A DNA stretch of 64,000 nt from Thermoleophilia bacterium (GCA_040769125.1 JAXGLO010000001.1:807537-871536), one strand, 5' to 3'. Positions 9,950 to 20,748 are shown, counted from the first letter of the stretch. Notes: a model not told the origin generated them from the letters alone. Made by a program: numbers and translations.

Positions 9950-10962
9950 CGGGTCTCCCTGTCTCTGCCTGACGTTGGTGCGCCAACTCGGTCGGCGGCG
10001 AAGCCCGGCGCCCCCATGCGGCCTTCCGGCCGACGAGCGCAGATCGTTGCCGCCGGGAGCATCATAGCCGTTCGCGCTCCTCTTAAGCGTTCCGGCTCGA
10101 GCGCCGTGAAGCGTGCCGGCTCGAGCGCTGCACGTGGGCGAGGCCCAGGATGACCAGCGCGGCCATCACCGCGGCTCCTTCTCGCTGCTCCGCAATCCGA
10201 CTGCGAAGATCTGGTGCCCGGTGCGCTCCGCCGGCCGCATCGTCGCGGCACTGCCGCCGGCGACGTCAACTATGAGGCAGCCGGCGGCAGCTTCGCGGCA
10301 CCGCTGCCGGCGTCTGTGGGCAGCGTCGTTGCTCCTGCGGTCATGTATCCTAATAAGGCCAGGAGCGCCTGCGGTTACCTTGGAGCCCAGGTACACCGCC
10401 TTCGCCTGCCCGGTGCACACAGCGGCAAGGCGCAGTCGTTCGGTGCACAGCGCACACCGCCTCCGCCTGCCCGGTGCGCATCGGCAAGGGCCGCACGGTC
10501 GTCGGCAAGCGGAAGAGCCAGGGTCACGTCGCGGCCAGGGCTGCGCGCTGCTCGCCTGCGCCAGGTATACGGCCTCCGTGAAGTTCGCCTGCCGCGGCAC
10601 ATGGCGCTTGCGCGTCTTCGCGCGCGTCTATAGTTGATTATTCGCCGACAGATTAAACGGCGCCTGCTCTCAGCGAGCCCTTCGATGTGCACTTGTACCG
10701 TGCGCCAGGGCTGGCCGTCAATGACGACAATGGAGGGAAAGGGTAGCACTTGCCCCGCGCGCGGCGGCAGGTCGCGGCAAGGCGGAGCGGTCTCTTACTC
10801 TTATATGTAAACAATGATCTCGAGCGAGCGGCGGTGACTCGGGTGGGGCGGGGAGTGGGCTCGGCGAGCAGCTGAGCGCCTGCGACCCGCCCGTCCACGA
10901 TGAGCCGCCGCAGCCTTGAGCTGAATCGCGCCGCAGGCGCGCGAGCTTCCAGGAGGTGTGGA

Positions 10963-12030
10963 ATGGGATGGACCAGAGACGGCGACATGACGCCCAAGGA
11001 GCGGGTACACGCCGCGTACCGTTTTGAGGAGGTCGACCGCGTGCCGGTCTTCACCCGTCACGAAGCTATCGCCCGGCGGGCCCTCGGCATCTCCCTGGAG
11101 GAGTGGGCACGCGATGGGGAGCTCTCCGCGAAGGCGCAGATCGCCATGACCGATCTGATCGGCGACGATTGCATCATGGCCTACATCGACAGCTGCGTGG
11201 AGTCCGACGGCTTCGGCCAGCGCACGATCTTCACTCGCGATGAGATGCCATACTCGGATCCGAACCAGTTCGTCATCGAGAGCGTCGACGATTACTACAA
11301 GCTCGAGCCCTTCGACATCGAGACTGCGCCACGCATCATGGAGACGCTGAAGAAGGTCGACGTGCTCGTCGCCGAGCGCGGCGAGACCCACAGCCTCGTG
11401 GGCGAGCCGTACGAGCCCTTCGTGACGCTCGGGAACATGCGTGGCATGCAGCGCCTCCTGGCGGACTGCATCAAGCACCCTGATGCGGTGAAGCATGCTC
11501 TCGATGTCGTCACGGACGTCGAGATCGATTACATGAAGGCCCTCGTGGCGCACGGCTGCGACGTCATCAACATCTGCTGGGACTACGGCAACCCGTCGAT
11601 CATGAGCTCCACTATGTGGATGGAGATGGAGGGCGACTGCATGCGCCGCCTCTACCAGGCGACGCGCGATACGGGCGTCTGGGTGAGCACCCACATGTGC
11701 GATCCGCGTCCCTACATCGACCTGGCTTTCGAGATCGGCAACACTGACACCATCCAGAACTGGGCGATGCCCGAGGGCTGCGCCGACTGGGCGGAGTTCA
11801 AAGAGAAGTACGGTCGCACCTGGAGCATCACCGGCGGCTGGAACCCCGTCGAGCTGAACTACGCGAGCGAGGAGGAGGTCAAGGCCAAGAGCAAGGATCT
11901 CATCCGCGTGCTCGGCGAGGGCAGCGGCCTCGTGCTTGCGCTGGCCTGCGAGTTCCCCTACAACGGCCCGATCATCAACGGTAAGGCCATGGTGGACGCC
12001 TCCCGGGAGATGGCAGCGGAGGGCGCCTGA
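10963..12030 (+). CDS. uroporphyrinogen decarboxylase (URO-D) family protein, MtaA/CmuA-like methyltransferase type (not HemE)
   Basis: About 355 aa. URO-D fold family but lacks the HemE RQAGR motif. GGAGG RBS 8 nt upstream of ATG 10963. The track ORF begins at 10900. Confidence 0.65.
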   Translation: MGWTRDGDMTPKERVHAAYRFEEVDRVPVFTRHEAIARRALGISLEEWARDGELSAKAQIAMTDLIGDDCIMAYIDSCVESDGFGQRTIFTRDEMPYSDPNQFVIESVDDYYKLEPFDIETAPRIMETLKKVDVLVAERGETHSLVGEPYEPFVTLGNMRGMQRLLADCIKHPDAVKHALDVVTDVEIDYMKALVAHGCDVINICWDYGNPSIMSSTMWMEMEGDCMRRLYQATRDTGVWVSTHMCDPRPYIDLAFEIGNTDTIQNWAMPEGCADWAEFKEKYGRTWSITGGWNPVELNYASEEEVKAKSKDLIRVLGEGSGLVLALACEFPYNGPIINGKAMVDASREMAAEGA

Positions 12031-12340
12031 GGGCGAAAGATGAGATGAGCGATGCGCGCTGCGGGCAGATCACCGCAGCTCTCGTATCGCTCGACGGTGA
12101 GGGGACCGAGGCGCTCACCGGCGAGGCTCTCGAGGAGGGCCGCGACTCACCGGGCTGAGCGCCGGGTTCCCTGCCGGCCACCGCGGTCGGAGCGGCTCCT
12201 TCCTTCTTCCTGCGAGCCTTGCGTCGAAGCGTGCCGAGTGGTAATCATGGGTTGACACGGCTCCTCGGCGCTCGACCGAGACCGCGCCTCGTCGCCCGAT
12301 CGAGACAGGGAGCACCTGCAACCGAGAGAAAGGACTGCCG

Positions 12341-14773
12341 GTGAACCCCAAGCCCACAGGGCGCAGCGCCCGCCGTCCCACAGGGCCCAGCGCCTGCCGT
12401 CTGCCGTTGCTGGCCCTCTCCTGCTTTCTGCTGCTGCTCATCGCCGCCTCGCCGGCCGCCGCCGCCACCGCTGCCAGCTGGAGCTGGCAGAACCCACTGC
12501 CGCAAGGGAACAGCCTCTTCGCCGTCACCTGCGCCGACGCATCCCACGCCTTCGCGGTCGGAGATGCGGGCACGATCCTCGCGACCACCGACGGCGGCAC
12601 GACCTGGACGGAGCAGAGCTCGGGGACGGCGAAGGACCTCTTCGCCGTCACCTGCGCCGACGCATCCCACGCCTTCGCGGTCGGAGACGACGGCATCATC
12701 TTCGCGACCACCGACGGCGGCACGACCTGGACGCCGCAGAGCTCTGGGGCGACGAAGGACCTTAACGCCGTCACCTGCGCCGACGCATCCCACGCCTTCG
12801 CGGTCGGAGACGACGGCATCATCTTCGCGACCGTTAATGGCGGCACGACCTGGACGCCGCAGAACTCGGGAACGACGAATGACCTCTACGCCGTCACCTG
12901 CGCCGACGAGTATCACGCCTTCGCGGTCGGAGACTTCGGCACGATCCTCGCGACCACCGACGGCGGCACGACCTGGACGGAGCAGAGCTCGGGAGCGACG
13001 AAGGACCTCTATTCCGTCACCTGCGCCGACTCATCCCACGCCTTTGCGGTCGGAGACCACGGCACCATCCTTGCGACCACTAACGGCGGCACGACCTGGA
13101 TGCCGCAGAACTCGGGAACGACGGAGTACTTCCGCTCCGTCACCTGCGCCGACTCATCCTACGCCTTCGCGGTCGGAGACTTCGGCACGATCCTCGCGAC
13201 CACCGACGGCGGCGAGGCCTGGACGCCGCAGAGCTCGGGAGTGACGAATGACCTCTACGCCGTCACCTGCGCCGACTCATCCCACGCCTTCGCGGTCGGA
13301 GACTACGGCACCATCTCAGCGACCACCGACGGCGGCGAGGCCTGGACGCCGCAGAGCTCGGGAGCGACGAATGACCTCAACGCCGTCACCTGCGCCGACT
13401 CATCCCACGCCTTCGCGGTCGGACGTGGCGGCACAATTCTCGCGACCACCAACGGCGGTACGACCTGGACGCCGCAGAGTTCGGGAGTGACGAATGACCT
13501 CAACGCCGTCACCTGCGCCGACTCATCCCACGCCTTCGCGGTCGGACGTGGCGGCACAATTCTCGCGACCACCAACGGCGGTACGACCTGGACGCCGCAG
13601 AGTTCGGGAGTGACGAATGACCTCAACGCCGTCACCTGCGCCGACTCATCCCACGCCTTCGCGGTCGGACGTGGCGGCACAATTCTCGCGACCACCAACG
13701 GCGGTACGACCTGGACGCCGCAGAGTTCGGGAGTGACGAATGACCTCAACGCCGTCACCTGCGCCGACTCATCCCACGCCTTCGCGGTCGGACGTGGCGG
13801 CACAATTCTCGCGACCACCAACGGCGGTACGACCTGGACGCCGCAGAGTTCGGGAGTGACGAATGACCTCAACGCCGTCACCTGCGCCGACTCATCCCAC
13901 GCCTTCGCGGTCGGAGACTACGGCACCATCCTTGCGACCACTAACGGCGGCACGACCTGGACGCCGCAGAGCCTGGAGGGGGCAGGTCGCCTGACCGGCG
14001 TCGTCTGCGCCGACCCATCCCACGTCTTTGCAGTCGGATCTGATCGGCATGGCGCCGCCACGATCCTCGCGACCACCGACGGCGGCGAGACTTGGGAAGC
14101 GCAGAACTTGGGAACGGCGAATGACCTCGCTGCCGTCACCTGCGTCGACGCCTGGACTCTCTGGATGGTCGGAGACGGCGGCACCATCCTGGCGAAGGCG
14201 CCTCTGACCAGCGCCTCGACCTACCGCTTCGCCAGGACCCCCAAGGTCCGCTGGAGGAGAACCGACCAGACGGTCAAGTTCACTGCCCGGGGCGGCACCG
14301 CTCTCCGCAAGATCCACTACTCCCTGAACGGCGGTAAGACCTGGACGGCCGTCGACGGCGATACCGCCTCGGTGCGCATCAAGAGAGCCGGCTCCTACCG
14401 GGTGCAGTTCTACGCCAGCGACGAGCTCGGCAGAGAGGCGACCCACAAGCCCGGCTTCGTCAACATCGACAAGGACAAGCCGACGACCAGGGCGTACAAG
14501 GCGTCGGTCCGGCGCGGCAAGGTCGTCAGGCTACGCTACCGGGTGAGTGACGCCCTGCCCAGCTCAGGCTCCGCCCGCTGCGTCCTGCAGATCCGCAAGG
14601 GCAAGAAGACGGTGCGCTCGATCAGGCTCGGCACAAAGCGCGTCAACACCGCCCTTACCTACCGCTACCGCGCCCGCCTGGCCAAGGGCCGCTACACCTG
14701 GCGGGTGACCGCCACCGACCTGGCCGGCAACCGGGCCAGCAGGATCAGGGCGGCGAGCCTGCGGGTGAGGTGA
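12341..14773 (+). CDS. secreted BNR/Ycf48-like beta-propeller repeat protein, paralog 1 (about 14 blades plus conserved C-terminal domain)
   Basis: GTG start after AAAGGA RBS. Signal peptide ...LPLLALSCFLLLLIAASPAAAA. Repeated 41-aa blades of form W.Q..G.T..L..V.CAD..HAFAVGD.GTILATTDGGTTW (BNR motif T-x-D-G-G-x-T-W). Lys/Arg-rich C-terminal domain of about 190 aa shared with paralogs 2 and 3. Confidence 0.85.
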   Translation: MNPKPTGRSARRPTGPSACRLPLLALSCFLLLLIAASPAAAATAASWSWQNPLPQGNSLFAVTCADASHAFAVGDAGTILATTDGGTTWTEQSSGTAKDLFAVTCADASHAFAVGDDGIIFATTDGGTTWTPQSSGATKDLNAVTCADASHAFAVGDDGIIFATVNGGTTWTPQNSGTTNDLYAVTCADEYHAFAVGDFGTILATTDGGTTWTEQSSGATKDLYSVTCADSSHAFAVGDHGTILATTNGGTTWMPQNSGTTEYFRSVTCADSSYAFAVGDFGTILATTDGGEAWTPQSSGVTNDLYAVTCADSSHAFAVGDYGTISATTDGGEAWTPQSSGATNDLNAVTCADSSHAFAVGRGGTILATTNGGTTWTPQSSGVTNDLNAVTCADSSHAFAVGRGGTILATTNGGTTWTPQSSGVTNDLNAVTCADSSHAFAVGRGGTILATTNGGTTWTPQSSGVTNDLNAVTCADSSHAFAVGRGGTILATTNGGTTWTPQSSGVTNDLNAVTCADSSHAFAVGDYGTILATTNGGTTWTPQSLEGAGRLTGVVCADPSHVFAVGSDRHGAATILATTDGGETWEAQNLGTANDLAAVTCVDAWTLWMVGDGGTILAKAPLTSASTYRFARTPKVRWRRTDQTVKFTARGGTALRKIHYSLNGGKTWTAVDGDTASVRIKRAGSYRVQFYASDELGREATHKPGFVNIDKDKPTTRAYKASVRRGKVVRLRYRVSDALPSSGSARCVLQIRKGKKTVRSIRLGTKRVNTALTYRYRARLAKGRYTWRVTATDLAGNRASRIRAASLRVR
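13370..13900 (+). repeat. Intragenic perfect tandem repeat, 123-nt unit (one blade: TNDLNAVTCADSSHAFAVGRGGTILATTNGGTTWTPQSSGV), about 4.3 copies
   Basis: Identical 41-aa blocks x4 in the paralog-1 translation. The antisense ORF 13303..13881 shows the same 41-aa period. Confidence 0.8.
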
Positions 14774-14864
14774 AAGATCACTGCGGCAAACCTGGCTGTG
14801 TGAGGTGAGCCGCCTCCGGCAGGGCTGGCTGAAGCGTTCTGCAGCATGCCCGGCCTCTCAATAG

Positions 14865-14908
14865 CGGGCCGCCCTTCCTCTTGCGAGGGGGCGGCCCGCC
14901 GCTTTTCT
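14865..14908 (+). terminator. intrinsic terminator after paralog 1
   Basis: GCGGGCCGCCC-TTCCTCTTGCGA-GGGGGCGGCCCGC hairpin followed by CGCTTTTCTG. The same hairpin recurs after paralogs 2 and 3. Confidence 0.6.
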
Positions 14909-15217
14909 GCGTGGCCGGCTCGCGCTTTCTCTTCCGCAGAGCGGCCCGCCGCCTCCCTTGCGTGTCGGCTCGTCGCTGCTCTCTACCGTCGGCAAGCCCG
15001 TCGCGTTGCCGGGCAAAGCAAACGCCGCCCCGGTGCGGGGCAGCCTATTTCTCTCTCCCTGCTCCCGCTAATAACACTCGACTCACGCCTGCGAGCCTTG
15101 CTCCAGAGCGAGCGGAGTGGTAATCATGAGCCGACACTACACTTCGTCGCCTGATCAACACTACGCCCCGTCGCCTGATCGAGGCGGGTACCTGTAACCG
15201 ACCAGAAAGGATTGCCG

Positions 15218-17683
15218 GTGAACCTCAAACCCATGGGGCTCAGCGCTCGCCATCTGCCGCTGCTGGCCCTCTCCTGCCTGTTGCTGCTGCTCATCGCTGC
15301 CGCGCCGGCGGCAGCCGCTGGCGCCGGCTGGAGGTGGCAGAACCCGCGGCCGCAGGGGAACACCCTCAACGGTGTCGCCGGCGCTGACGCAGAACACGCC
15401 TTCGCGGTCGGCATCTTCGGCACCATCCTCGCGACCACCGACGGCGGCCAGAACTGGACGGCACAGAACCCGGGGACGGATGAGCGCCTCAACGCCGTCG
15501 CCTGCACCGACGCAGAGCACGCCATCGCGGTGGGAGAGGGCGGCATGATCCTGGCGACCGGCAACGGGGGCACGAGCTGGGCGCCCCAGACCTCGGGGAC
15601 GACGAACCCCCTCTACGGCATTAGCTTCTCCAGCCCAAGCCACGGCTGGGCGGTCGGATTTGGCGGTACGATCCTCGCGACCACCGACGGCGGCGCGACC
15701 TGGAGGCCGCAGACTTCAGGGACGAAGAGTTCCCTCTATGGCGTCACCTGCACCAGTGCAAACCACGCTTGCGCGGTCGGCTACAACTTGACCAAGGATC
15801 GCGCCATCATCCTCGTGACCGACGACGGCGGCGCGACCTGGACGGTGAAGGACTTGGAGTGGAAGGGCCACCTCAACGGCGTCACCTTCTCCAGCCCAAG
15901 CCACGGCTGGGCGGTCGGATTCAATGAATGGCAGGATCGCGGCGCCATCCTCGTGACCGACGACGGCGGCGCGACCTGGACGGCGCAGGCCTCGGGGACG
16001 ACGATGGATCTCTCCGGCGTCACCTGCACCGACGCAAGCAACGTCTACGCGGTCGGATTCAGCCCAGACACAAATCGCGGCGTCATCCTCGTGACTACCG
16101 ACGGCGGCACGACCTGGGAGACGAAGGACTCGGGGAAGACGGATTCGCTCTTCGGCGTCACCCTCGCCGGCGAGTCCGGCGCCTTCGCGGTCGGGCGTGA
16201 CGGCACGATCTTCGCGACCACCGACAGCGGCGCGACCTGGGTGGAGCAGAGCTCGGGGACGACGGACAGCCTCGCCGACGTCGCCTGCACCGACGCCAAT
16301 AATGCCTTTGCGGTCGGATACGACTGGTTGGTGGATAGCAGCACCATCGTCGCCACCACGAACGGCGGCACAGAGTGGACGGAACAGGACCCGGGGACGA
16401 CGGGCCCCCTCAACGGCGTCGCCTGCGCCGGCGAATCCGGCGCCTTCGCGGTCGGCGACAACGGCACCGTCCTCGCGACCACCAACGGCGGTGATAACTG
16501 GGCGAAGCAGGACCCGGGGACGACGAAAGACCTCCTCGGTGTGGCCTTCTCCGACTCAGACCGCGGCTGGGCTGTCGGAAACGACGGCACCATCCGCGCA
16601 ACCGTTAACGGCGGCACGGAGTGGACGGAGCAGGACTCGGGGACGACGGCGCACCTCCCCGGCGTTGCCTGCGCCGACGATAATAATGCCTTCGCGGTGG
16701 GCGCTTCGGGCACCATCCTCGCGACCACGGACGGCGGCGCGACCTGGACGGAGCAGGACTCGGGGACGACGGCGAACCTCCTGGACGTCACGTGCGCCGA
16801 CGATAATAATGCCTTCGCGGTGGGCGCCTCGGGCACCATCCTCGCGACCACCAACGGCGGCGCGACCTGGACGGCGCAGACCTCGGGGACGGACGAGCCC
16901 CTCAACGCCGTTGACTGCGCCGACGCAACCCACGCCTTCGCGGTCGGAGAGGGCGGCACCATTCTCGCGACCAGCGACGGCGGCAAGAACTGGACGCAGC
17001 AGAGGTCGAGGACACCGTACGCCCTCTACGGCGTCGCCTGCGCCGACGCAACGCGCGCTTTCGCCGCCGGGGACAGTGGTGCCATCCTGGGGTTCACCGC
17101 TCCCGACACCCCCCTCACTAGCGCCTCGACTTACCGCTTCGCCAAGACCCCCAAGGTCGGCTGGAAGAGAACCAAGCAGACGGTCAAGTTCACCGCCCAG
17201 GGCGGCGAAGCTCCGTACAAGATCCACTACTCCTTGAACGGCGGCAGGACCTGGACGGTCGTCAACGGCGATACCGCCTCGGTGCACATCACGAAAGCCG
17301 GCTCCTACCGGGTGCAGTTCTTCGCCAGCGACGAAGTCGGCAATGAGGTGATCCACAAGCCCGGCTTCGTCAACATCGACACGGCCAAGCCGACGACCAG
17401 GGCGTACAAGGCGTCGGTCCGGCGCGGCAAGGTTGTCAGGCTGCGCTACCGGGTGAACGACGCCCTGCCCAGCTCAGGCTCCGCCCGCTGCGTCCTGCAG
17501 ATCCGCAAGGGCAAGAAGACGGTGCGCTCGATCAGGCTCGACAGAAAGCCCGTCAACACCGCGCTTACCTACCGCTTCCGCGCCCGCCTGGCCAAGGGCC
17601 GCTACACCTGGCGGGTGACCGCCACCGACCTGGCCGGCAACCGGGCCAGCAGGATCACGGCGGCGACCCTGCGGGTGAGGTGA
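15218..17683 (+). CDS. secreted BNR/Ycf48-like beta-propeller repeat protein, paralog 2
   Basis: Same architecture: GTG start in the conserved leader, signal peptide, about 15 divergent blades, conserved C-terminal domain. The track ORF starts at TTG 15212. Confidence 0.85.
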   Translation: MNLKPMGLSARHLPLLALSCLLLLLIAAAPAAAAGAGWRWQNPRPQGNTLNGVAGADAEHAFAVGIFGTILATTDGGQNWTAQNPGTDERLNAVACTDAEHAIAVGEGGMILATGNGGTSWAPQTSGTTNPLYGISFSSPSHGWAVGFGGTILATTDGGATWRPQTSGTKSSLYGVTCTSANHACAVGYNLTKDRAIILVTDDGGATWTVKDLEWKGHLNGVTFSSPSHGWAVGFNEWQDRGAILVTDDGGATWTAQASGTTMDLSGVTCTDASNVYAVGFSPDTNRGVILVTTDGGTTWETKDSGKTDSLFGVTLAGESGAFAVGRDGTIFATTDSGATWVEQSSGTTDSLADVACTDANNAFAVGYDWLVDSSTIVATTNGGTEWTEQDPGTTGPLNGVACAGESGAFAVGDNGTVLATTNGGDNWAKQDPGTTKDLLGVAFSDSDRGWAVGNDGTIRATVNGGTEWTEQDSGTTAHLPGVACADDNNAFAVGASGTILATTDGGATWTEQDSGTTANLLDVTCADDNNAFAVGASGTILATTNGGATWTAQTSGTDEPLNAVDCADATHAFAVGEGGTILATSDGGKNWTQQRSRTPYALYGVACADATRAFAAGDSGAILGFTAPDTPLTSASTYRFAKTPKVGWKRTKQTVKFTAQGGEAPYKIHYSLNGGRTWTVVNGDTASVHITKAGSYRVQFFASDEVGNEVIHKPGFVNIDTAKPTTRAYKASVRRGKVVRLRYRVNDALPSSGSARCVLQIRKGKKTVRSIRLDRKPVNTALTYRFRARLAKGRYTWRVTATDLAGNRASRITAATLRVR

Positions 17684-17740
17684 GCCATCTCCGGCAGCGC
17701 TGACCGAGAGCGCCCTGCCATGTGTCCGGCCTCTCCGCAG

Positions 17741-17805
17741 CGGGCCGCCCTTCCTCTTCGGAGGGGCGGCCCGCCACCCGTCGGAGCGGCCCTTTTCCTC
17801 TCTTT
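17741..17805 (+). terminator. intrinsic terminator after paralog 2
   Basis: CGGGCCGCCC-TTCCTCTTCGGA-GGGGCGGCCCG hairpin, then T-rich tract CCCTTTTCCTCTCTTTC. Confidence 0.5.
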
Positions 17806-17915
17806 CTCCTTGCATGCCTTGCTCTAGAGCGCGCCGAGTGATAATCATGGGTCGATACTGCGTCTCGTCGCTCGATCGAGACGGGAGCATCTGCAACCGA
17901 CAGAAAGGACTGCCG

Positions 17916-20405
17916 GTGAACCTCAAGCCCACCGGGCGCAGCGCCCGCCGCTCCATGGGGCTCAGCGCTCGCCATCTGCCGCTGCTGGCCCTCTTCAGCC
18001 TTCTACTGCTGCTCATCGCAGCTGCGCCGGCCTCCGCCGCCGGCTGGAGCTGGCAGAACCCCCTGCTGCAGGGGAACAACCTCAATGGCGTCGCCTGCGC
18101 CGGCACATCTCACGCCATCGCGGTCGGCGACTACGGCACCATCCTTGCGACCATCGACGGCGGCCAGAACTGGATGCCACAGGCTTCGGGGACGACGAAG
18201 TATCTCACCGCCGTCGCCTGCGCCGGCACATCTCACGCCATCGCGGTCGGAGAGGGTGGCACCATCCTCGTGACCACGAACGGCGGCGCGACCTGGACGA
18301 AGCAGGGTTCAGGGACGACGAGGAATCTCACCGGCATCGCCTGTGTCGATGAACTTCGCGCCATCGCGGTTGGAGACTACGGCACCATTCTCGCCACCAT
18401 CGACGGCGGCAAGAGCTGGACAGACCAGAGTGCGGAGGACATGACGTCGGATCTCTTCGCCGTCACCTGTGCCGACGCACAGCACGCCTTCGCGGTCGGA
18501 TACGACGGCATCATCCTCGTGACCACCAATGGAGGCACGACTTGGGAGAAGCAGGAAGCGGGGGTGATGATGGAGCTCCACGGCATCGCCTGCGCCGATA
18601 CAAGCAACGCCTTCGCGGTCGGATACAATTGCACCACAGAGAAGAGCACCATCCTCGCGACTACCGACGGCGGCGGGAGTTGGGAAGAATACGGCTTGGG
18701 GACGAGGGCTCCCCTCTTTGGCGTCACCTGCGCCGACGAATCCCACGCCTTCGCGGTCGGAGACGACGGCACGATCTTCGCGACCGCCGACGGCGGCGAG
18801 AGCTGGGAAGAACAGACGTCGGGGACGGCGGATTTCCTCTTTGGCGTCACCTGCGCCGACGAATCCCACGCCTTCGCGGTCGGATATGGCGGCACCATCC
18901 TCGCGACCGCCGACGGCGGCACGCATTGGGCGGAATACAGCTCGGGGGTGACGGATACCCTCACCGACGTCACCTGCGCCGACGCAGAGCACGCCTTCGC
19001 GGTCGGATACGATGGCGCCATCGTCGCGACCACGGACGGCGGCACGACCTGGGCGCCGCAGGAGTCGGGGACGGCGGTGCGTCTCAATAGCATCGCCTGC
19101 GCCGACGCATTGCACGCCTTCGCGATCGGATATGACTGGGCCACGACGTTAAAGCCCACCATCCTCACGACCGCCGACGGCGGCACGACCTGGGAGCCGC
19201 AGGACTCGGGGACGGAGGAGTACCTCTCCGATGTCGCCTGCGTCAGCACATCCCATGCCTTCGCGGTCGGATGGGAAGGCACTATCCTCGTGACCACGAA
19301 CGGCGGCACGACCTGGGCGCCGCAGGACTCGGGGACGACGAAGAGCCTCTCCGACGTCGCCTGCGCCGACGCACAGAACGCCTACGCGGTCGGATGGGAC
19401 TACGACACGGATAGCAGCATTATCCTCGCGACCGCCAACGGCGGCCAGAGCTGGACAGAGCAGACCCCGGAGACGACGGCGCGTCTCACCGGCGTCGCCT
19501 GCGCCGACGCAACCCGCGCCTTCGTGGTCGGATACGATCCTGGCGCGAACAAGGGTGTCATCCTCGCGACCACCGATGGCGGCAAGAACTGGACGAAACA
19601 GGACTCGAGGACGACGGAGGGGCTCACCGGCGTCGCCTGCGCTGACGCATTGCACGCCTTCGTGGTCGGACACGACGGCACGATCCTGACGACCAGCGAC
19701 GGCGGCAAGAACTGGACCGCGCAAGCCTCGGGAACCAGAAACAAGCTCAACGCTGTCGCCTGCGCCGACGCAGCCCACGCTTTCGCAGTCGGAGACGGCG
19801 GCACCATTCTGGGGTTCACCGCCCCCGACACCCCCCTCACCAGCGCCTCGACTTATCGCTTCGCCAGGACCCCCAAGGTCGGCTGGAAGAGAACCAACCA
19901 GATAGTGAAGATCACGGCCCAGGGCGGCACCGCCCTCCGCAAGATCCACTACTCCCTGAACGGCGGCAGGACCTGGACGGCCGTCAACGGCGATACCGCC
20001 TCAGTGCGCATCACGAAAGCCGGCTCCTACCGGGTGCAGTTCTACGCCAGCGACGAGCTCGGCAGAGAGGCGACCCACAAGCCCGGCTTCGTCAACATCG
20101 ACAAGGACAAGCCGACGACCAGGGCGTACAAGGCGTCGGTCCGGCGCGGCAAGGTCGTCAGGCTACGCTACCGGGTGAGTGACGCCCTGCCCAGCTCAGG
20201 CTCCGCCCGCTGCGTCCTGCAGATCCGCAAGGGCAAGAAGACGGTGCGCTCGATCAGGCTCAGCAGAAAGCCCGTCAACACCGCGCTCACCTACCGCTAC
20301 CGCGCCCGCCTGGCCAAGGGCAGCTACACCTGGCGGGTGACCGCCACCGACCTGGCCGGCAACCGGGCCAGCAGGATCAGGGCGGCGACCTTGACTGTGA
20401 GGTGA
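17916..20405 (+). CDS. secreted BNR/Ycf48-like beta-propeller repeat protein, paralog 3
   Basis: GTG 17916 in the conserved leader (track ORF extended upstream to 17814). Signal peptide, about 16 blades. C-terminal domain about 95% nt-identical to paralog 1, with runs of more than 200 identical nt. Confidence 0.85.
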   Translation: MNLKPTGRSARRSMGLSARHLPLLALFSLLLLLIAAAPASAAGWSWQNPLLQGNNLNGVACAGTSHAIAVGDYGTILATIDGGQNWMPQASGTTKYLTAVACAGTSHAIAVGEGGTILVTTNGGATWTKQGSGTTRNLTGIACVDELRAIAVGDYGTILATIDGGKSWTDQSAEDMTSDLFAVTCADAQHAFAVGYDGIILVTTNGGTTWEKQEAGVMMELHGIACADTSNAFAVGYNCTTEKSTILATTDGGGSWEEYGLGTRAPLFGVTCADESHAFAVGDDGTIFATADGGESWEEQTSGTADFLFGVTCADESHAFAVGYGGTILATADGGTHWAEYSSGVTDTLTDVTCADAEHAFAVGYDGAIVATTDGGTTWAPQESGTAVRLNSIACADALHAFAIGYDWATTLKPTILTTADGGTTWEPQDSGTEEYLSDVACVSTSHAFAVGWEGTILVTTNGGTTWAPQDSGTTKSLSDVACADAQNAYAVGWDYDTDSSIILATANGGQSWTEQTPETTARLTGVACADATRAFVVGYDPGANKGVILATTDGGKNWTKQDSRTTEGLTGVACADALHAFVVGHDGTILTTSDGGKNWTAQASGTRNKLNAVACADAAHAFAVGDGGTILGFTAPDTPLTSASTYRFARTPKVGWKRTNQIVKITAQGGTALRKIHYSLNGGRTWTAVNGDTASVRITKAGSYRVQFYASDELGREATHKPGFVNIDKDKPTTRAYKASVRRGKVVRLRYRVSDALPSSGSARCVLQIRKGKKTVRSIRLSRKPVNTALTYRYRARLAKGSYTWRVTATDLAGNRASRIRAATLTVR

Positions 20406-20534
20406 GCCGCCTTCGGTGGCGCTGAAGCGCTTCGGCACGCCCTGCTTGAAAGCGTCTCGCCGCATGCCCGGCCTTTCGCGGCGGGCCGCCTCCAGCGGCG
20501 CTGAGGCGCCCTGCCGTATCCCGGCTCTTCACGG

Positions 20535-20577
20535 CGGGCCGCCCTTCCTCTTCCGAGGGGCGGCCCGCCGTTTCTTC
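20535..20577 (+). terminator. intrinsic terminator after paralog 3
   Basis: GGCGGGCCGCCC-TTCCTCTTCCGA-GGGGCGGCCCGCCG followed by TTTCTTCC. Confidence 0.6.
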
Positions 20578-20748
20578 CGCAGGCGGCGGCCCGCCGCTCT
20601 TCGTACTAACACTCCACTCACGTTTGCGAACTATGCGCCAAGGCAATCTGAAATGAATACGGAGTGATTTTTGATACTGGATCGATGATGCGCCTCGTCG
20701 CACGATCCAGACGGGGTGCATCTGCAACCGAGGGGGAAAGGACTGCCG

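Noticed and set aside
9024-9986. Alternative 320-aa minus-strand ORF overlapping the GerMN lipoprotein in another frame
   Set aside because: Arg/Asp-rich low-complexity translation. The 9047..9949 frame has a lipobox signal peptide and GerMN-like modules.
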